Shown here piece by piece: positions 38,682 to 48,443 of a DNA stretch of 64,000 nucleotides. The translations under genes were made by a program, and so were the position numbers. A model generated the notes under the pieces. The model did not search any database. It saw nothing but the letters and a program-made list of their open reading frames with translations, and was not told where the DNA came from. Position 1 is the stretch's first letter; the number at the start of each line of letters is the position of its first letter. Source of the stretch: a virus; the IMG/VR virus record IMGVR_UViG_3300026097_000013, positions 32,001-96,000 of that record; one strand, 5' to 3'.

Positions 38682-41600
38682 TTATCCTAAAGTTAATACA
38701 TATTCAATTGCTAGATCTTCTGCTGCGTTTACACTAATCGATCCTGTTGCACCTGCAACAGATACCCAACTAAATCCATCCCAAATTTCAAGATATCTTT
38801 GTTCAGTGTTATATCTTGTCATACCAGTTTCGCGATAAGCTTCTTCTGGACGCTCACCATTAGACCCAACTGGTACAACAAATCCACCTGTACCTTCAAT
38901 CTTAAAATATCCACTTCCGCTTTGTTGAAAATAAAGTATACCGTCTGGTGTTCTATTAGTTATTGAACTATCTTTAAATGATAGTTCGTCTATTACAACT
39001 TCGCCTGTACCATTAGCACTTAATACTAAGTCAGTGTTAGTAGTTGTTGTTTCAATAACATTTCCATCAATTGTTATATCGTCAACAACAATTTTAGGTG
39101 TATTCAATCTATTTTCGTCAATGTCTACAACTTGACTGCCGCCAACATAAAATCTTAGGGTATCGTCATTTGCACCAGGAGTTGCTTCTGCTGTAATGTA
39201 TGTGTCTAAGTCTAGATCATATATACCATTGAGTGCAATCCAGTTTCCGTCATACCCTTCAAATAAATTTGTATCAGTATTATAACGAATCATACCTAGT
39301 TCAGGAGTTGGACGACTTGCTGTATTTCCTGACGGAAGTTGTAGTGAACCGGTGCTGTTTATTCTAATAATGCCACTATCTGCATCTAAATCAAGATCGC
39401 CGCTTAGACTCTCAATAGTGTTGCCGCTTATTCTTAAATTGCCAGTATCTATTCTATCACCAGTGATAGTAGTTGTACTGCCAGCAGTATTAATAGTTAA
39501 ACCGCTGGTTGTATCAATATTAAATTCTGAACTAGTAAAGTCAACGGTTCCGTCTGCTTGATTTACATAAAAGAACTCACCAACTCTAAAGTCACCTCTA
39601 TGGTCAACTGAACTATATCTTATTTTTGCATTGTTTAGCTCAACTACTTCGTTTGCTTGTATGACGGTATTTGGATCGTTATCAACTTCTTTGCCATTAC
39701 CAATATATGCAAAGTTTTGACTGATCAAATACATTAATACGCCGTTGCCGTCGCCGTAAGCACCATAGTTACCGTAGATACTTGCACTAGCAATTGAGCG
39801 AAGTTCGCCGCCGAAGTCTGTTCTATCTACAAGTGATATATAACCGGCAGTTGCTCCTCCACTAAATCTTAGATCCTGCGAGTTTAGTGCATCGTCTTCT
39901 ATTACATTTGAACTATCATCACCATTAAAGTGAAGCAGCAATACTGTATTAGTGTCACTAGTAAACTCTGCTAGCGGAACACCAAAGTTAGCATTATATC
40001 TTGCTAAACCTTTTGATATTCTTACTTCATCAATATATCCTTCAAAGAATGATAAAGCACCGGTATATAATGCTCCGATTATTAAAGGTTTTGCAACACC
40101 GTAATCTGTATTGTCTGTCCATGAACCGACACTAGTACCATCAACATAAAGTGTTCCGGTTGTACCGTTTCTTACATAAGCTAAATGATTCCATGTGTTA
40201 ATTGTTAGGTCAGAACTACCTGTTATTTGATAAGCGCCATCAATATATACTTGAGGTGTTAGGCCATTTAAATTTATAGATACTGCATTATCAACAATTG
40301 CTCCGGCTCTAAAATCAAATATTCTAGATACTTGCGATGATGTTGGATAAACCCATGTTTCTATAGTAAAGTCGTCTGTTCCAAATCCAAAATCATTATT
40401 AGCAGCAATACTTAGATAATCATCAACGCCATCTAAAAATAAACTACTTGCGCCAAACTTTGCTTGATCTGTTTCTAGAGCAGCATTACCGTAACTGGTG
40501 ATAGACTTTCCGCCACGCTCGCCAGCTTCTTCTAATCCTGTTAAATTTCCTGTGATATAAAATTTATCATCAGCATCAACACTATCAATAGTTCCACTTG
40601 CTAATAGTGTAACACCGTCAGTGTCGTAATATTCAAATGTTTCGCCTGCAACAAACGATCCGTCTAATCCGTCTACTCTAACAGCAGTTTGACCAGTTCC
40701 TTTTAAACCGGTTGCACCGTCTAGCGCATACAAACCTTTGTCTGCAAAATAAGTAAAACAATTTAACCATTCGACTCTTGCGCCGTTAGTAATAGTAAGT
40801 GCATCAACTCCCGGTGTAATAAACGTTACACTATGAAATAACATTGCTGCTTCTCTAGAAGCAGCATCAACTGCACTACCATCTATAAGTGCACCTTTAC
40901 CAGCGTCTCCTTGATCAAATCCTCTTGGATCTTCTGATGATGTTATACTGCCTTGAGTAATTACACTTATGTTTCTTACATACGGAGAGCGTGTTTGTAC
41001 GTTACACCCCGGAGCAAACTTAAATGCGTAACCATCATCGTTTATACTATCGTAGTAAAAATCTGCAATAGTAATATCTTCAACCGTAGTTTCTCCGTTA
41101 AGCATAAATGCATCATTTGACTGGGTTGCAGTTGTAGGTACAATTTTAACACTTCTAATGCTGTGTCCTTTAACCGTAACTCCAGCAGGAACCGTCATCG
41201 GAAACGTTTCTTCGTATACTCCTGGGTAAATGTGGATAGTATCACCGGCAGTAGCCTGTGTTAGTGCGTATGTTAAACTTCTGTAAGGATCGTTTGGGTG
41301 ATCTCCGCTATACGTATCGTCGCCATTTTCAGCAACATAGAGTATATTTCCTTGACGTAATGCAAGGTCAACTCCGTCAACTTCTAGTGCTGTTGTAGTA
41401 ACCGTTCCTGCAAAAAAGTTGTCTGTATGCACATCAGCCCATTGTTTTCCGCCACTAGCTGGATCACTACCTAAAGAATATACTCCAGTTACATCAGGAA
41501 TAATATTACTTGCAATTTCTGCGTTGAATGTAACATTATCCGTGTCGGCATCACCGAGTGTAATATTGCCTTCTGCTGTAACCGTGCCACTAGCAGTAAT

Positions 41601-42023
41601 ATTACCATAGACGTTTGTGTCTGCAAAAACTTCAACAGAACCTGTACCGTTTGGACTTAAATTAATATTTTTGTTATTGTTGTTAGTACTAATAACATTA
41701 TTTTCAACATCAAAATCATCAATAACAAGTTTATTTTGATAGACAACATTGTTAGCAGTACCCAAAGAAAGTGTACTTGTGTTAGAAAATATTTGATTAC
41801 CAACAATAGATACATCTGCAATATCTGCTCGTGTAGCAATTTCTAATTGTGGTGCTCGTGTTGTTCCAACAACGTCTAAGTCATATTGAGGAGTATCATT
41901 GTTAATACCGATACGGCTGTTATTAACATCTAGATATAGTAAATCGTTCTCAAAGGCTAAGTTTACGTTTTCACGTAAAAGGTTTGCCTTTAAGAGCGGA
42001 CCACTTATGCGACCTATAGCCAT
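38682..42023 (-). CDS. Fibre protein with beta-helix-like and LamG / concanavalin-A-like domains
   Basis: LYVAENGDD...PYRSLTYAL...GDTIHIYPGVYEE; LamG pattern DFTIETWVYP...WNHLAYVR...LYVDG...FEGYIDEVRISKG; two G..RYNT....E.(Y/W)DG..W modules. Confidence 0.7.
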   Translation of the reverse strand: MAIGRISGPLLKANLLRENVNLAFENDLLYLDVNNSRIGINNDTPQYDLDVVGTTRAPQLEIATRADIADVSIVGNQIFSNTSTLSLGTANNVVYQNKLVIDDFDVENNVISTNNNNKNINLSPNGTGSVEVFADTNVYGNITASGTVTAEGNITLGDADTDNVTFNAEIASNIIPDVTGVYSLGSDPASGGKQWADVHTDNFFAGTVTTTALEVDGVDLALRQGNILYVAENGDDTYSGDHPNDPYRSLTYALTQATAGDTIHIYPGVYEETFPMTVPAGVTVKGHSIRSVKIVPTTATQSNDAFMLNGETTVEDITIADFYYDSINDDGYAFKFAPGCNVQTRSPYVRNISVITQGSITSSEDPRGFDQGDAGKGALIDGSAVDAASREAAMLFHSVTFITPGVDALTITNGARVEWLNCFTYFADKGLYALDGATGLKGTGQTAVRVDGLDGSFVAGETFEYYDTDGVTLLASGTIDSVDADDKFYITGNLTGLEEAGERGGKSITSYGNAALETDQAKFGASSLFLDGVDDYLSIAANNDFGFGTDDFTIETWVYPTSSQVSRIFDFRAGAIVDNAVSINLNGLTPQVYIDGAYQITGSSDLTINTWNHLAYVRNGTTGTLYVDGTSVGSWTDNTDYGVAKPLIIGALYTGALSFFEGYIDEVRISKGLARYNANFGVPLAEFTSDTNTVLLLHFNGDDSSNVIEDDALNSQDLRFSGGATAGYISLVDRTDFGGELRSIASASIYGNYGAYGDGNGVLMYLISQNFAYIGNGKEVDNDPNTVIQANEVVELNNAKIRYSSVDHRGDFRVGEFFYVNQADGTVDFTSSEFNIDTTSGLTINTAGSTTTITGDRIDTGNLRISGNTIESLSGDLDLDADSGIIRINSTGSLQLPSGNTASRPTPELGMIRYNTDTNLFEGYDGNWIALNGIYDLDLDTYITAEATPGANDDTLRFYVGGSQVVDIDENRLNTPKIVVDDITIDGNVIETTTTNTDLVLSANGTGEVVIDELSFKDSSITNRTPDGILYFQQSGSGYFKIEGTGGFVVPVGSNGERPEEAYRETGMTRYNTEQRYLEIWDGFSWVSVAGATGSISVNAAEDLAIEYVLTLG

Positions 42024-42136
42024 CTCTTCTCCTCAATACGGGGATCCTGTCCCTCTAGCCAAATTCTCATCCCTAAGGCTCTTTGCTGGCTAACCACAGT
42101 ATGGACCTGTAGAATAGGTCTACTCTACATTATAAT
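42024..42136 (-). ncRNA. Candidate structured 5' leader of the 1113-aa fibre gene
   Basis: About 110 nt between a TAAATA motif (42137-42143) and the ATG; several complementary segments (TAGCCA/TGGCTA, GGGA/TCCC, ATAC/GTAT, GACCT/AGGTC). Confidence 0.45.
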
Positions 42137-42155
42137 TATTTATCGTTTTTGAAGA

Positions 42156-44636
42156 TTATCCTAGTACTATGGTATAGATATCGACTAATTCTTTGAGGAC
42201 GTCTTCTGTAACTTCTTCACCCTCGCCGGCACTTCGTTGCCATGCTGTACCGTTATAGGTTTCTAAATAACCTTCCTCTGTATTCCAGCGAGTGTCTCCA
42301 GTATTTGGTGCTACTGGACGTTCTAGTTCAGTTCCGTAAGGAACAACTATGCCTGTTGTTGAGTCGAATTTAACGAACCCTCTATCAGTAGTTTTAATAG
42401 TAAATGTATCGTTTGTTGTGTTTAATAGATTACTATTTTCAATATCGATATTAAATATTTCAACTATACCTGTACCGTCTCTTCTTAATTCTATATCAAC
42501 ATTACTATTGACACTAGTTAAATTATTTTCATCAAAATATAAATTTTCGTTAGTTAGACCGTTGAGTCTTAATCCGTAGCTTTCTATTTCAGCTGTATTA
42601 ACTTCATTTGCACGTATTAATATTTGATTGTTTGTGTCGTGCGCATCAATGCTAGTTTGTCTGTCTTGAGAATAAATGCCGCCAAAACTTAGATTAGAAC
42701 TCGAGTAACCTTCAAATAGATCTGTATCAGTGTTGTATCTAACGCCGCCTTCAACTTCTACAACATTAATAGTTGTATCTCTTGAAAGCACTAGTCCTGG
42801 ACTTGTGTCTATATTTAAAATTTCAGTTTGTGGAGAAAGATTTAAATCACCGTCAATCGTTGTTATTTCATTGCCAGCAAATCTTATGTTACCCGTGTCA
42901 ACACGTTCTCCATCAATGTATGTAATGTCAACACCGTTTCTTACAATAATAGATCCTACACCACTAAAATCAATTTCGTTAGCATCTATACTTGTTGTAC
43001 CAGTTTCGAAATCTACAAAAAATGCATCTCCAACCCTAAAGTCGCCGTCTGCATCTGTTGATGTATGATATATTTTGCCGCTGTTTATTTCTACTACTTC
43101 GTTTGCCGAAATAGTTAAAGTTCTATCATTAGTAACACTATTGTCAACGCCTATATATGCAAAATTATGTCCAATTAAGTACATCAATGTGTCTGCGCCG
43201 TCAGCATAAGCGCCATATGTTCCATAAACGTTAGCTGATCCGATTGAGCGAATTTCAGCACCGAATGTAGTTCCATTAGCACCTAAGCCTAGAATACCCT
43301 GTGTTGCATATAATCCTTTGCCTGCAAAATATGTAAAGCTATTAAGCCATTCTACTCTTACACCGTTAGTCATTGTAATACAATCTACACCCGGAGTTAT
43401 GAATGTAGCACTATGAAATAGCATACTACCTTGAGGAGTACTTGTATCTAATATTGCGCCGTCAATTAATGCACCTTTACCTGCATCACCAGATAAAAAT
43501 CCTCTAGGATCGTCAGCAGTTATTGTACTACCTTGTGTGATAACGGTTATGTTTCTTACATATGGAGATCTTTCGGCAATCGTTGCTCCTGGAGCAAAGC
43601 TAAAAGCATATCCTGTATCGTTTAAACTATCGTAATAAAAATCTTTTATAGTTATATTTTCAATAGTTGTATTTTGATTCATTCTAAATGCATCATTAGT
43701 GTTTGTTGCTAGTGTGGGTTTAATAATAGTATTTCTTATATCTTCGCCACTAATAGTAACATTTTCGGGTATTTCTAAGGGAAAGTTTTCTGCATACTCG
43801 CCTGGATAGATATGAATAGTTACTGGCCCAGAACCACTAGCATCTGCAACACTTAATGCATGTTCTAAAGTTAAAAAAGCACCGTGTTGATGATCTCCAA
43901 CATTGGTATTATCTCCCAAAGTCGAAACATAAAAAATATTTCCCTGTCTTAGAGCTAGACTAGTATCATCTAAAACTAAAGTACCAACTTCTACTCGTTG
44001 GCCGTTTAAAAGATTACTATATAAATTACCCCATCGTTTAGTAACACTACCTAAATTTCGTGTACCACCAGAAGAAGGTATTATATCACTATCAAGGTCT
44101 GCTTCAAATACTAAACTATCAGCATCACTATCACCGAACTCAATATTACCACCAATAGTAATATCACCGGTTGAATGTAATGCCCCAGTAATATTCCAAT
44201 TAGAATTTATTTCTAAAGTGCCAGTGCCGTTTGGCCTTAGTTCTAGGTTAGTATCATTAGATCTACTACTAATAGTATTTTCGTCAAAGAGTAATTCGTC
44301 AGTTGCTATTGTAGTAGCTTGAATTTCAGAACCTGCTGACAATTCGATATTAGCACCTAGGTTATTAATTTCATTATTTTGAATGTTAACATTAGGAGCA
44401 ATGTTAGTTGTAGTGCTTTTTAAGTTTGTTGATTTAACCGTACTAGGAACTTGTAGGGCATCACTAGGTCCATCAATATTAACACCTATCTTTTTAGTAT
44501 TAACATCTAAGTGTAAAAGAGGAGTTGGTGCAGCAACTAGGTTTGTAGATTGATAAAATCTTAAATCAATACCATTTCTTTTTAAGTTATCTGCTAGTAC
44601 GCCGCCGCCTATACGGCCATTTTTTGGTTCTGCCAT
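42156..44636 (-). CDS. Fibre protein, paralog of 38682-42023 lacking the LamG domain
   Basis: Shares ALRQGNI.YV, ER/TRSPYVRNI.VITQGS, MLFHS.TFITPGVD, RVEWLN.FTYFA and DFRVG segments with the 1113-aa protein. Confidence 0.7.
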   Translation of the reverse strand: MAEPKNGRIGGGVLADNLKRNGIDLRFYQSTNLVAAPTPLLHLDVNTKKIGVNIDGPSDALQVPSTVKSTNLKSTTTNIAPNVNIQNNEINNLGANIELSAGSEIQATTIATDELLFDENTISSRSNDTNLELRPNGTGTLEINSNWNITGALHSTGDITIGGNIEFGDSDADSLVFEADLDSDIIPSSGGTRNLGSVTKRWGNLYSNLLNGQRVEVGTLVLDDTSLALRQGNIFYVSTLGDNTNVGDHQHGAFLTLEHALSVADASGSGPVTIHIYPGEYAENFPLEIPENVTISGEDIRNTIIKPTLATNTNDAFRMNQNTTIENITIKDFYYDSLNDTGYAFSFAPGATIAERSPYVRNITVITQGSTITADDPRGFLSGDAGKGALIDGAILDTSTPQGSMLFHSATFITPGVDCITMTNGVRVEWLNSFTYFAGKGLYATQGILGLGANGTTFGAEIRSIGSANVYGTYGAYADGADTLMYLIGHNFAYIGVDNSVTNDRTLTISANEVVEINSGKIYHTSTDADGDFRVGDAFFVDFETGTTSIDANEIDFSGVGSIIVRNGVDITYIDGERVDTGNIRFAGNEITTIDGDLNLSPQTEILNIDTSPGLVLSRDTTINVVEVEGGVRYNTDTDLFEGYSSSNLSFGGIYSQDRQTSIDAHDTNNQILIRANEVNTAEIESYGLRLNGLTNENLYFDENNLTSVNSNVDIELRRDGTGIVEIFNIDIENSNLLNTTNDTFTIKTTDRGFVKFDSTTGIVVPYGTELERPVAPNTGDTRWNTEEGYLETYNGTAWQRSAGEGEEVTEDVLKELVDIYTIVLG

Positions 44637-44663
44637 AACCCTCTCTCCTTTGACATATTGTAT

Positions 44664-45242
44664 TTATTTGTCAAAGTTGTGAATTACGGTTACGTCTTTG
44701 CCAAAAGGAACAGGACTTGTAAATTCTATCCACCAACCTGTTCCTGTACTTGTGTATGGTGCATTTGGTCCAGTTATATCTACTTCTGCTGTTTGTCTAA
44801 TATCGTAGTTATTACCGGGTATTTGTAGTACATTTTCGATAAGAACTAAAATATTTTCACTAGCAGCTGGAACAGGATAATCCGAATCGCCACTTTGTAA
44901 TTCTCCAAACACAGTTTCCGTAGCATCGCCTGTTCCGAGATTCTGCCAAATAATTCCCGGATCTTGATTAGGTTCTTTAAAGCGAATTTCTCTCCAAGCG
45001 CCGTTTTGATAAGCTTCTAGTTGATTGTCGGTAGTGTTATATCTTATCTGTCCTTCGTTAGCAGCAGTATTAACAGCAGGATATGTTACGTCTCCTGCAA
45101 AGCCGGGCTGTTCATTATAAGGTCCTTTAGGAACAACCATCGCACGTTGGCTGTCTACAATAACTTGATCGTCAATATCATACTGCACACCTTTGCCTGC
45201 AATACTTCTAAGATTAGTAGTTTGACGTTTTAATAATCTCAT
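44664..45242 (-). CDS. Small structural protein with a fibre module
   Basis: VVPKG...GQIRYNTTDNQLEAYQNGAW motif shared with the neighbouring fibre proteins. Confidence 0.55.
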   Translation of the reverse strand: MRLLKRQTTNLRSIAGKGVQYDIDDQVIVDSQRAMVVPKGPYNEQPGFAGDVTYPAVNTAANEGQIRYNTTDNQLEAYQNGAWREIRFKEPNQDPGIIWQNLGTGDATETVFGELQSGDSDYPVPAASENILVLIENVLQIPGNNYDIRQTAEVDITGPNAPYTSTGTGWWIEFTSPVPFGKDVTVIHNFDK

Positions 45243-45598
45243 TACACTTCCAAATAACTAATAGTTGCTGCTAAGTTAGTTAAACTTCCTCCGATGTCAG
45301 GTTCTGCAACAAACACAATTTTATCACCTTCTTCTAATACAACTCTTTCCGAATCAAAAGTAAATGTTTCAGCAGCTGGTAGTTCTAAATCTCTAACAAC
45401 TATAGTAACATTATTACTTAGAGGTTTTCCAGCTGGAACAATATGCATGTCAAATTTTGCTGTGTCAGTAAGATCTTGATTACAAACTAAAATGTTTGTT
45501 ATAGCAAATGTTTTTCCGACTGGCACACCAGTTGAACCTAGTTCACTTCCGATTATATCTAATTGATTATTTTCTAACTGTGCGTTTAATACTGCCAT
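45242..45598 (-). CDS. Small beta-sandwich partner protein (paralog)
   Basis: 118 aa; AITNILVCN...IVVRDLELPAAETFTF...VVLEEGDKI...TISYLEV. Confidence 0.6.
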   Translation of the reverse strand: MAVLNAQLENNQLDIIGSELGSTGVPVGKTFAITNILVCNQDLTDTAKFDMHIVPAGKPLSNNVTIVVRDLELPAAETFTFDSERVVLEEGDKIVFVAEPDIGGSLTNLAATISYLEV

Positions 45599-45607
45599 TG
45601 TTTATCC

Positions 45608-46591
45608 TTAAAATAACATTCCAAAAAGTAATGCTCTATTCTTACTTACTAATTCGTCTCGGTTGTCTTCTGAATTTACGAAATAAATTCCAGTTTTACC
45701 ACTATACTGATTGCTTGTATATACTTTTATACCTTCAGTAGGAGCAATAGGCTCTAGTGATACATCATCTGTATGAGGAGTATAATCTATTTCTAAAACA
45801 TCTTCAACTCTTACTGACCCTGTGCCCGGAGCTCTTAAAATTAAATCTTCATTACTCGACATAGTTTCAATAACCGTGCCAGCAATTCTTACTTCTTCAA
45901 ATTCCCAACGATCTCTATAAATTGTTGATATTGTTTCACCGTCTATGTCAAATTTAATTTGACTAGGATTTCCTGTACTTTCAAAGTCGTCAATTGTTAT
46001 ACTAGTAATAGTATCACTACCGTCACCAATTTGACGAAGGAAAACTGTAGCAAATGCAAAGTCAATTGCATTGTCTACATATTTTTTGTTTGTAATGTCG
46101 TCGTCATCGGTAACGTTTAATTCGTAATCGACGGTCCCGCTTACACTAACAACACCGTTTCCACTATTAATAAGATATAAATCGCCGCCGCCTGTACTAA
46201 TAGAATCTGTTCTGATACCAACTAAGTTTGCTGATTCGTTTCTAAAAACAAATCCGCCTGTTTGAAGCACTCCGTCAGACGGTCTTCTCCAAGAAATATC
46301 TTCGTCAAATACAAAATATGCATTACTAAGAGTACCTCTATCTACTTCTAAGCCTGAATCATTTCCGTTAACACTATTAATACCGTCACCAGTTTCACCT
46401 GCGTTTAAAGTTATAATATTATCAGCAATTGTAGTTATAGTTGATTCAACGGTTGTTGTAGTACCTTGAACTAACAAGTCGCCAGTTATTACAACTTGAC
46501 CGTCATTGAACCCAGTATCAAGTGTAATCGAGCCGCCATCTTCGACTCTTACTCTATAATCACCATTTGGTACATTTATATATTTTGACAT
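45608..46591 (-). CDS. Putative fibre/structural protein
   Basis: GDLLVQGTTTTVEST...IADNIITLN...SGLEVDRG fibre-shaft motif; hydrophobic C-terminus. Confidence 0.55.
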   Translation of the reverse strand: MSKYINVPNGDYRVRVEDGGSITLDTGFNDGQVVITGDLLVQGTTTTVESTITTIADNIITLNAGETGDGINSVNGNDSGLEVDRGTLSNAYFVFDEDISWRRPSDGVLQTGGFVFRNESANLVGIRTDSISTGGGDLYLINSGNGVVSVSGTVDYELNVTDDDDITNKKYVDNAIDFAFATVFLRQIGDGSDTITSITIDDFESTGNPSQIKFDIDGETISTIYRDRWEFEEVRIAGTVIETMSSNEDLILRAPGTGSVRVEDVLEIDYTPHTDDVSLEPIAPTEGIKVYTSNQYSGKTGIYFVNSEDNRDELVSKNRALLFGMLF

Positions 46592-46606
46592 TTGTTAATT
46601 CCTTTA

Positions 46607-46630
46607 ATAAGGGGGATTTCTCCCCCTTAT
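46607..46630 (-). terminator. Hairpin terminator after the 146-aa gene
   Basis: ATAAGGGGGA-TTTC-TCCCCCTTAT perfect 10-bp stem. Confidence 0.65.
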
Positions 46631-46633
46631 AGT

Positions 46634-47074
46634 TTATATAGCAGTTAGAACAATCTGATCGCCTGACGAATCGTCGTATTGTGACATTTCCCAAGTATAA
46701 CGATTGCCGCTAAAGTCTGTTGCTACACGCTTTGTAATTTTAGCAATTGCAACTTCTGCACTTCCGTCGTTGAGTGTGCCCAGCATTTGAATTTCGCCAT
46801 TTGCATTTGGTGTAGTTTCTACTAGTGTGCCAGTCTCAAAGTCTGCTGAATCTGGACCTGTAATACTTTCGCCATCTACAAAACTATCATTTGCTTCACT
46901 TAGTACAACAAATGTTTTTGCACCACGTTGCTTGATAATCATGTAGTCTGTTGCTAGTGCGTCACCGAAGTAGCCGCTTAGTCTAATACCAGCGTTCTCG
47001 TCGCCGGGTGTGTTTGTGCCAAATGTTCTAATTACATCAACACCGTTTACATCTTTTCTTAATGGACGTCCCAT
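46634..47074 (-). CDS. Hypothetical protein following the major capsid gene (possible head accessory protein)
   Basis: 146 aa, strong SD (AAAGGAGA), own TAAATA motif at 47171-47177; function inferred from position only. Confidence 0.55.
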   Translation of the reverse strand: MGRPLRKDVNGVDVIRTFGTNTPGDENAGIRLSGYFGDALATDYMIIKQRGAKTFVVLSEANDSFVDGESITGPDSADFETGTLVETTPNANGEIQMLGTLNDGSAEVAIAKITKRVATDFSGNRYTWEMSQYDDSSGDQIVLTAI

Positions 47075-47098
47075 AATGATTTCTCCTTTGTTTAATCA

Positions 47099-47167
47099 TT
47101 GCCGTTCTAGGGTCTACGCGGCGAGTACCGCATAAGTCCTACTCGAAGGTAGGCTCCTATATGACAA
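47099..47167 (-). ncRNA. Candidate three-way-junction leader RNA
   Basis: Nested pairings on the minus strand: TTGTC/GGCAA, TAGG/CCTA, CCTAC/GTAGG, TATGCGG/CCGCGTA. Confidence 0.55.
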
Positions 47168-47203
47168 TAGTATTTATCAATCTTAGTTGATAGTACATTC
47201 AAT

Positions 47204-47232
47204 AAAAAAGGGCAGCGTTGCCGCTACCCTTT
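47204..47232 (-). terminator. Intrinsic terminator after the major capsid gene
   Basis: Minus strand AAAGGGTAGCG-GCAA-CGCTGCCC followed by TTTTTT. Confidence 0.88.
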
Positions 47233-47256
47233 GTGTGTTTATTAACTAAAAAGTTA

Positions 47257-48429
47257 TTAGCTGAAGCTAACGTTGCCGTTAGTAATACCAACTTGACCTA
47301 GGTAATCAGCTGCATTGCCTAGTGACGATGCAGTGTTATTCAACTCAACATATCCATAACGTGTCATGAACGATACTGTTGGTTCGAATGTACTTGGGTC
47401 TAGTACAACGCCTGAGCTCATTAGTGGGATGTATGGGCAGTAGAATGCCGCTGCATCTGATTCACTTGAACCTTTGTAGCCGATTAGCACTGGGCTATCG
47501 TCTGCTGCATATGTGTTTACATATACTTTCATTGCGTTGTTCAATGTACCAACCATCTTAGTGTTAGTTGGTGCTTCGAATGTACCTTCTGTTGTACGTG
47601 CAAATGCCGAAGTAGTTGCAGATTGTAGTAGTGTTAGCGCGAATGGCGAAACAACTGCCCAGTTACCTGCGCCACGACGTGTACGCTGTGCAATCAAGTT
47701 ACTTACACGGTTGATTTGTACTGCTAGTGCAGCATGCTCGTCACCGACAAAAGTAGCTGTACCTGATACTGCTGCTTGGTCATATGTTTCGTATATACTT
47801 GCTAGTGTGTTAAGAGATGCTAGGACCTCTTGGTCAATCTCAGCAGTAATCTCTTGTGCAAGAGCTGCCATGATTTCTGCTTCAACATCAATGCCATGCA
47901 TTGATTGTGCGTCTTGAGCAGCTTCGAATGTCCAACGTGCGCTTAGTTTGCGTGTTTTCGCTTCGACAGTTTGTTTCAAGATCTGGATTGACATTCTGTT
48001 ACCAGCTGCGCCTTCTAGTGCTGCTGTTGCTGCTGCTTTTGCAGTAGTTGTGTTACCAGAATATGCTTCCGCAATCTTGAATGGGCTTAGAGCTTCTTCG
48101 CCTGCAACTGCGCCACTTGCGCCTGTACCTGCTGTGTCGCTATAGCGAACACGTAGTGTGTGGATTTGACCCACTGGACCTGTCATTGGCTGAACACCAA
48201 CAAGTTCGTTTGCAATAACTGTTGGCATTACACGACGAATAACTGGTAAAATAACTCTGTTTAGAGTTGCGACATTACCGGCAGAAGTAGCACCAGCTGT
48301 TGCAGTTTCACTCAAATACTTGCGAGTATTTTCTAGTGTTGCTGCCATAACTGACTTTTTGTTGCCTTGAAGGCCTTCAAGAAGTGCTGTCTTCGTGTCC
48401 TGCCAGCGACTTTCTAATAGTTCTGACAT
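47257..48429 (-). CDS. gp23: Major capsid protein (T4 gp23-like)
   Basis: LVGVQPMTGPVGQIHTLRVRY, VEAKTRKLSARWTFEAAQD, LAQEITAEIDQE, FYCPYIPL, FMTRYG. Confidence 0.97.
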   Translation of the reverse strand: MSELLESRWQDTKTALLEGLQGNKKSVMAATLENTRKYLSETATAGATSAGNVATLNRVILPVIRRVMPTVIANELVGVQPMTGPVGQIHTLRVRYSDTAGTGASGAVAGEEALSPFKIAEAYSGNTTTAKAAATAALEGAAGNRMSIQILKQTVEAKTRKLSARWTFEAAQDAQSMHGIDVEAEIMAALAQEITAEIDQEVLASLNTLASIYETYDQAAVSGTATFVGDEHAALAVQINRVSNLIAQRTRRGAGNWAVVSPFALTLLQSATTSAFARTTEGTFEAPTNTKMVGTLNNAMKVYVNTYAADDSPVLIGYKGSSESDAAAFYCPYIPLMSSGVVLDPSTFEPTVSFMTRYGYVELNNTASSLGNAADYLGQVGITNGNVSFS

Positions 48430-48443
48430 TATTATCTCCTTAA

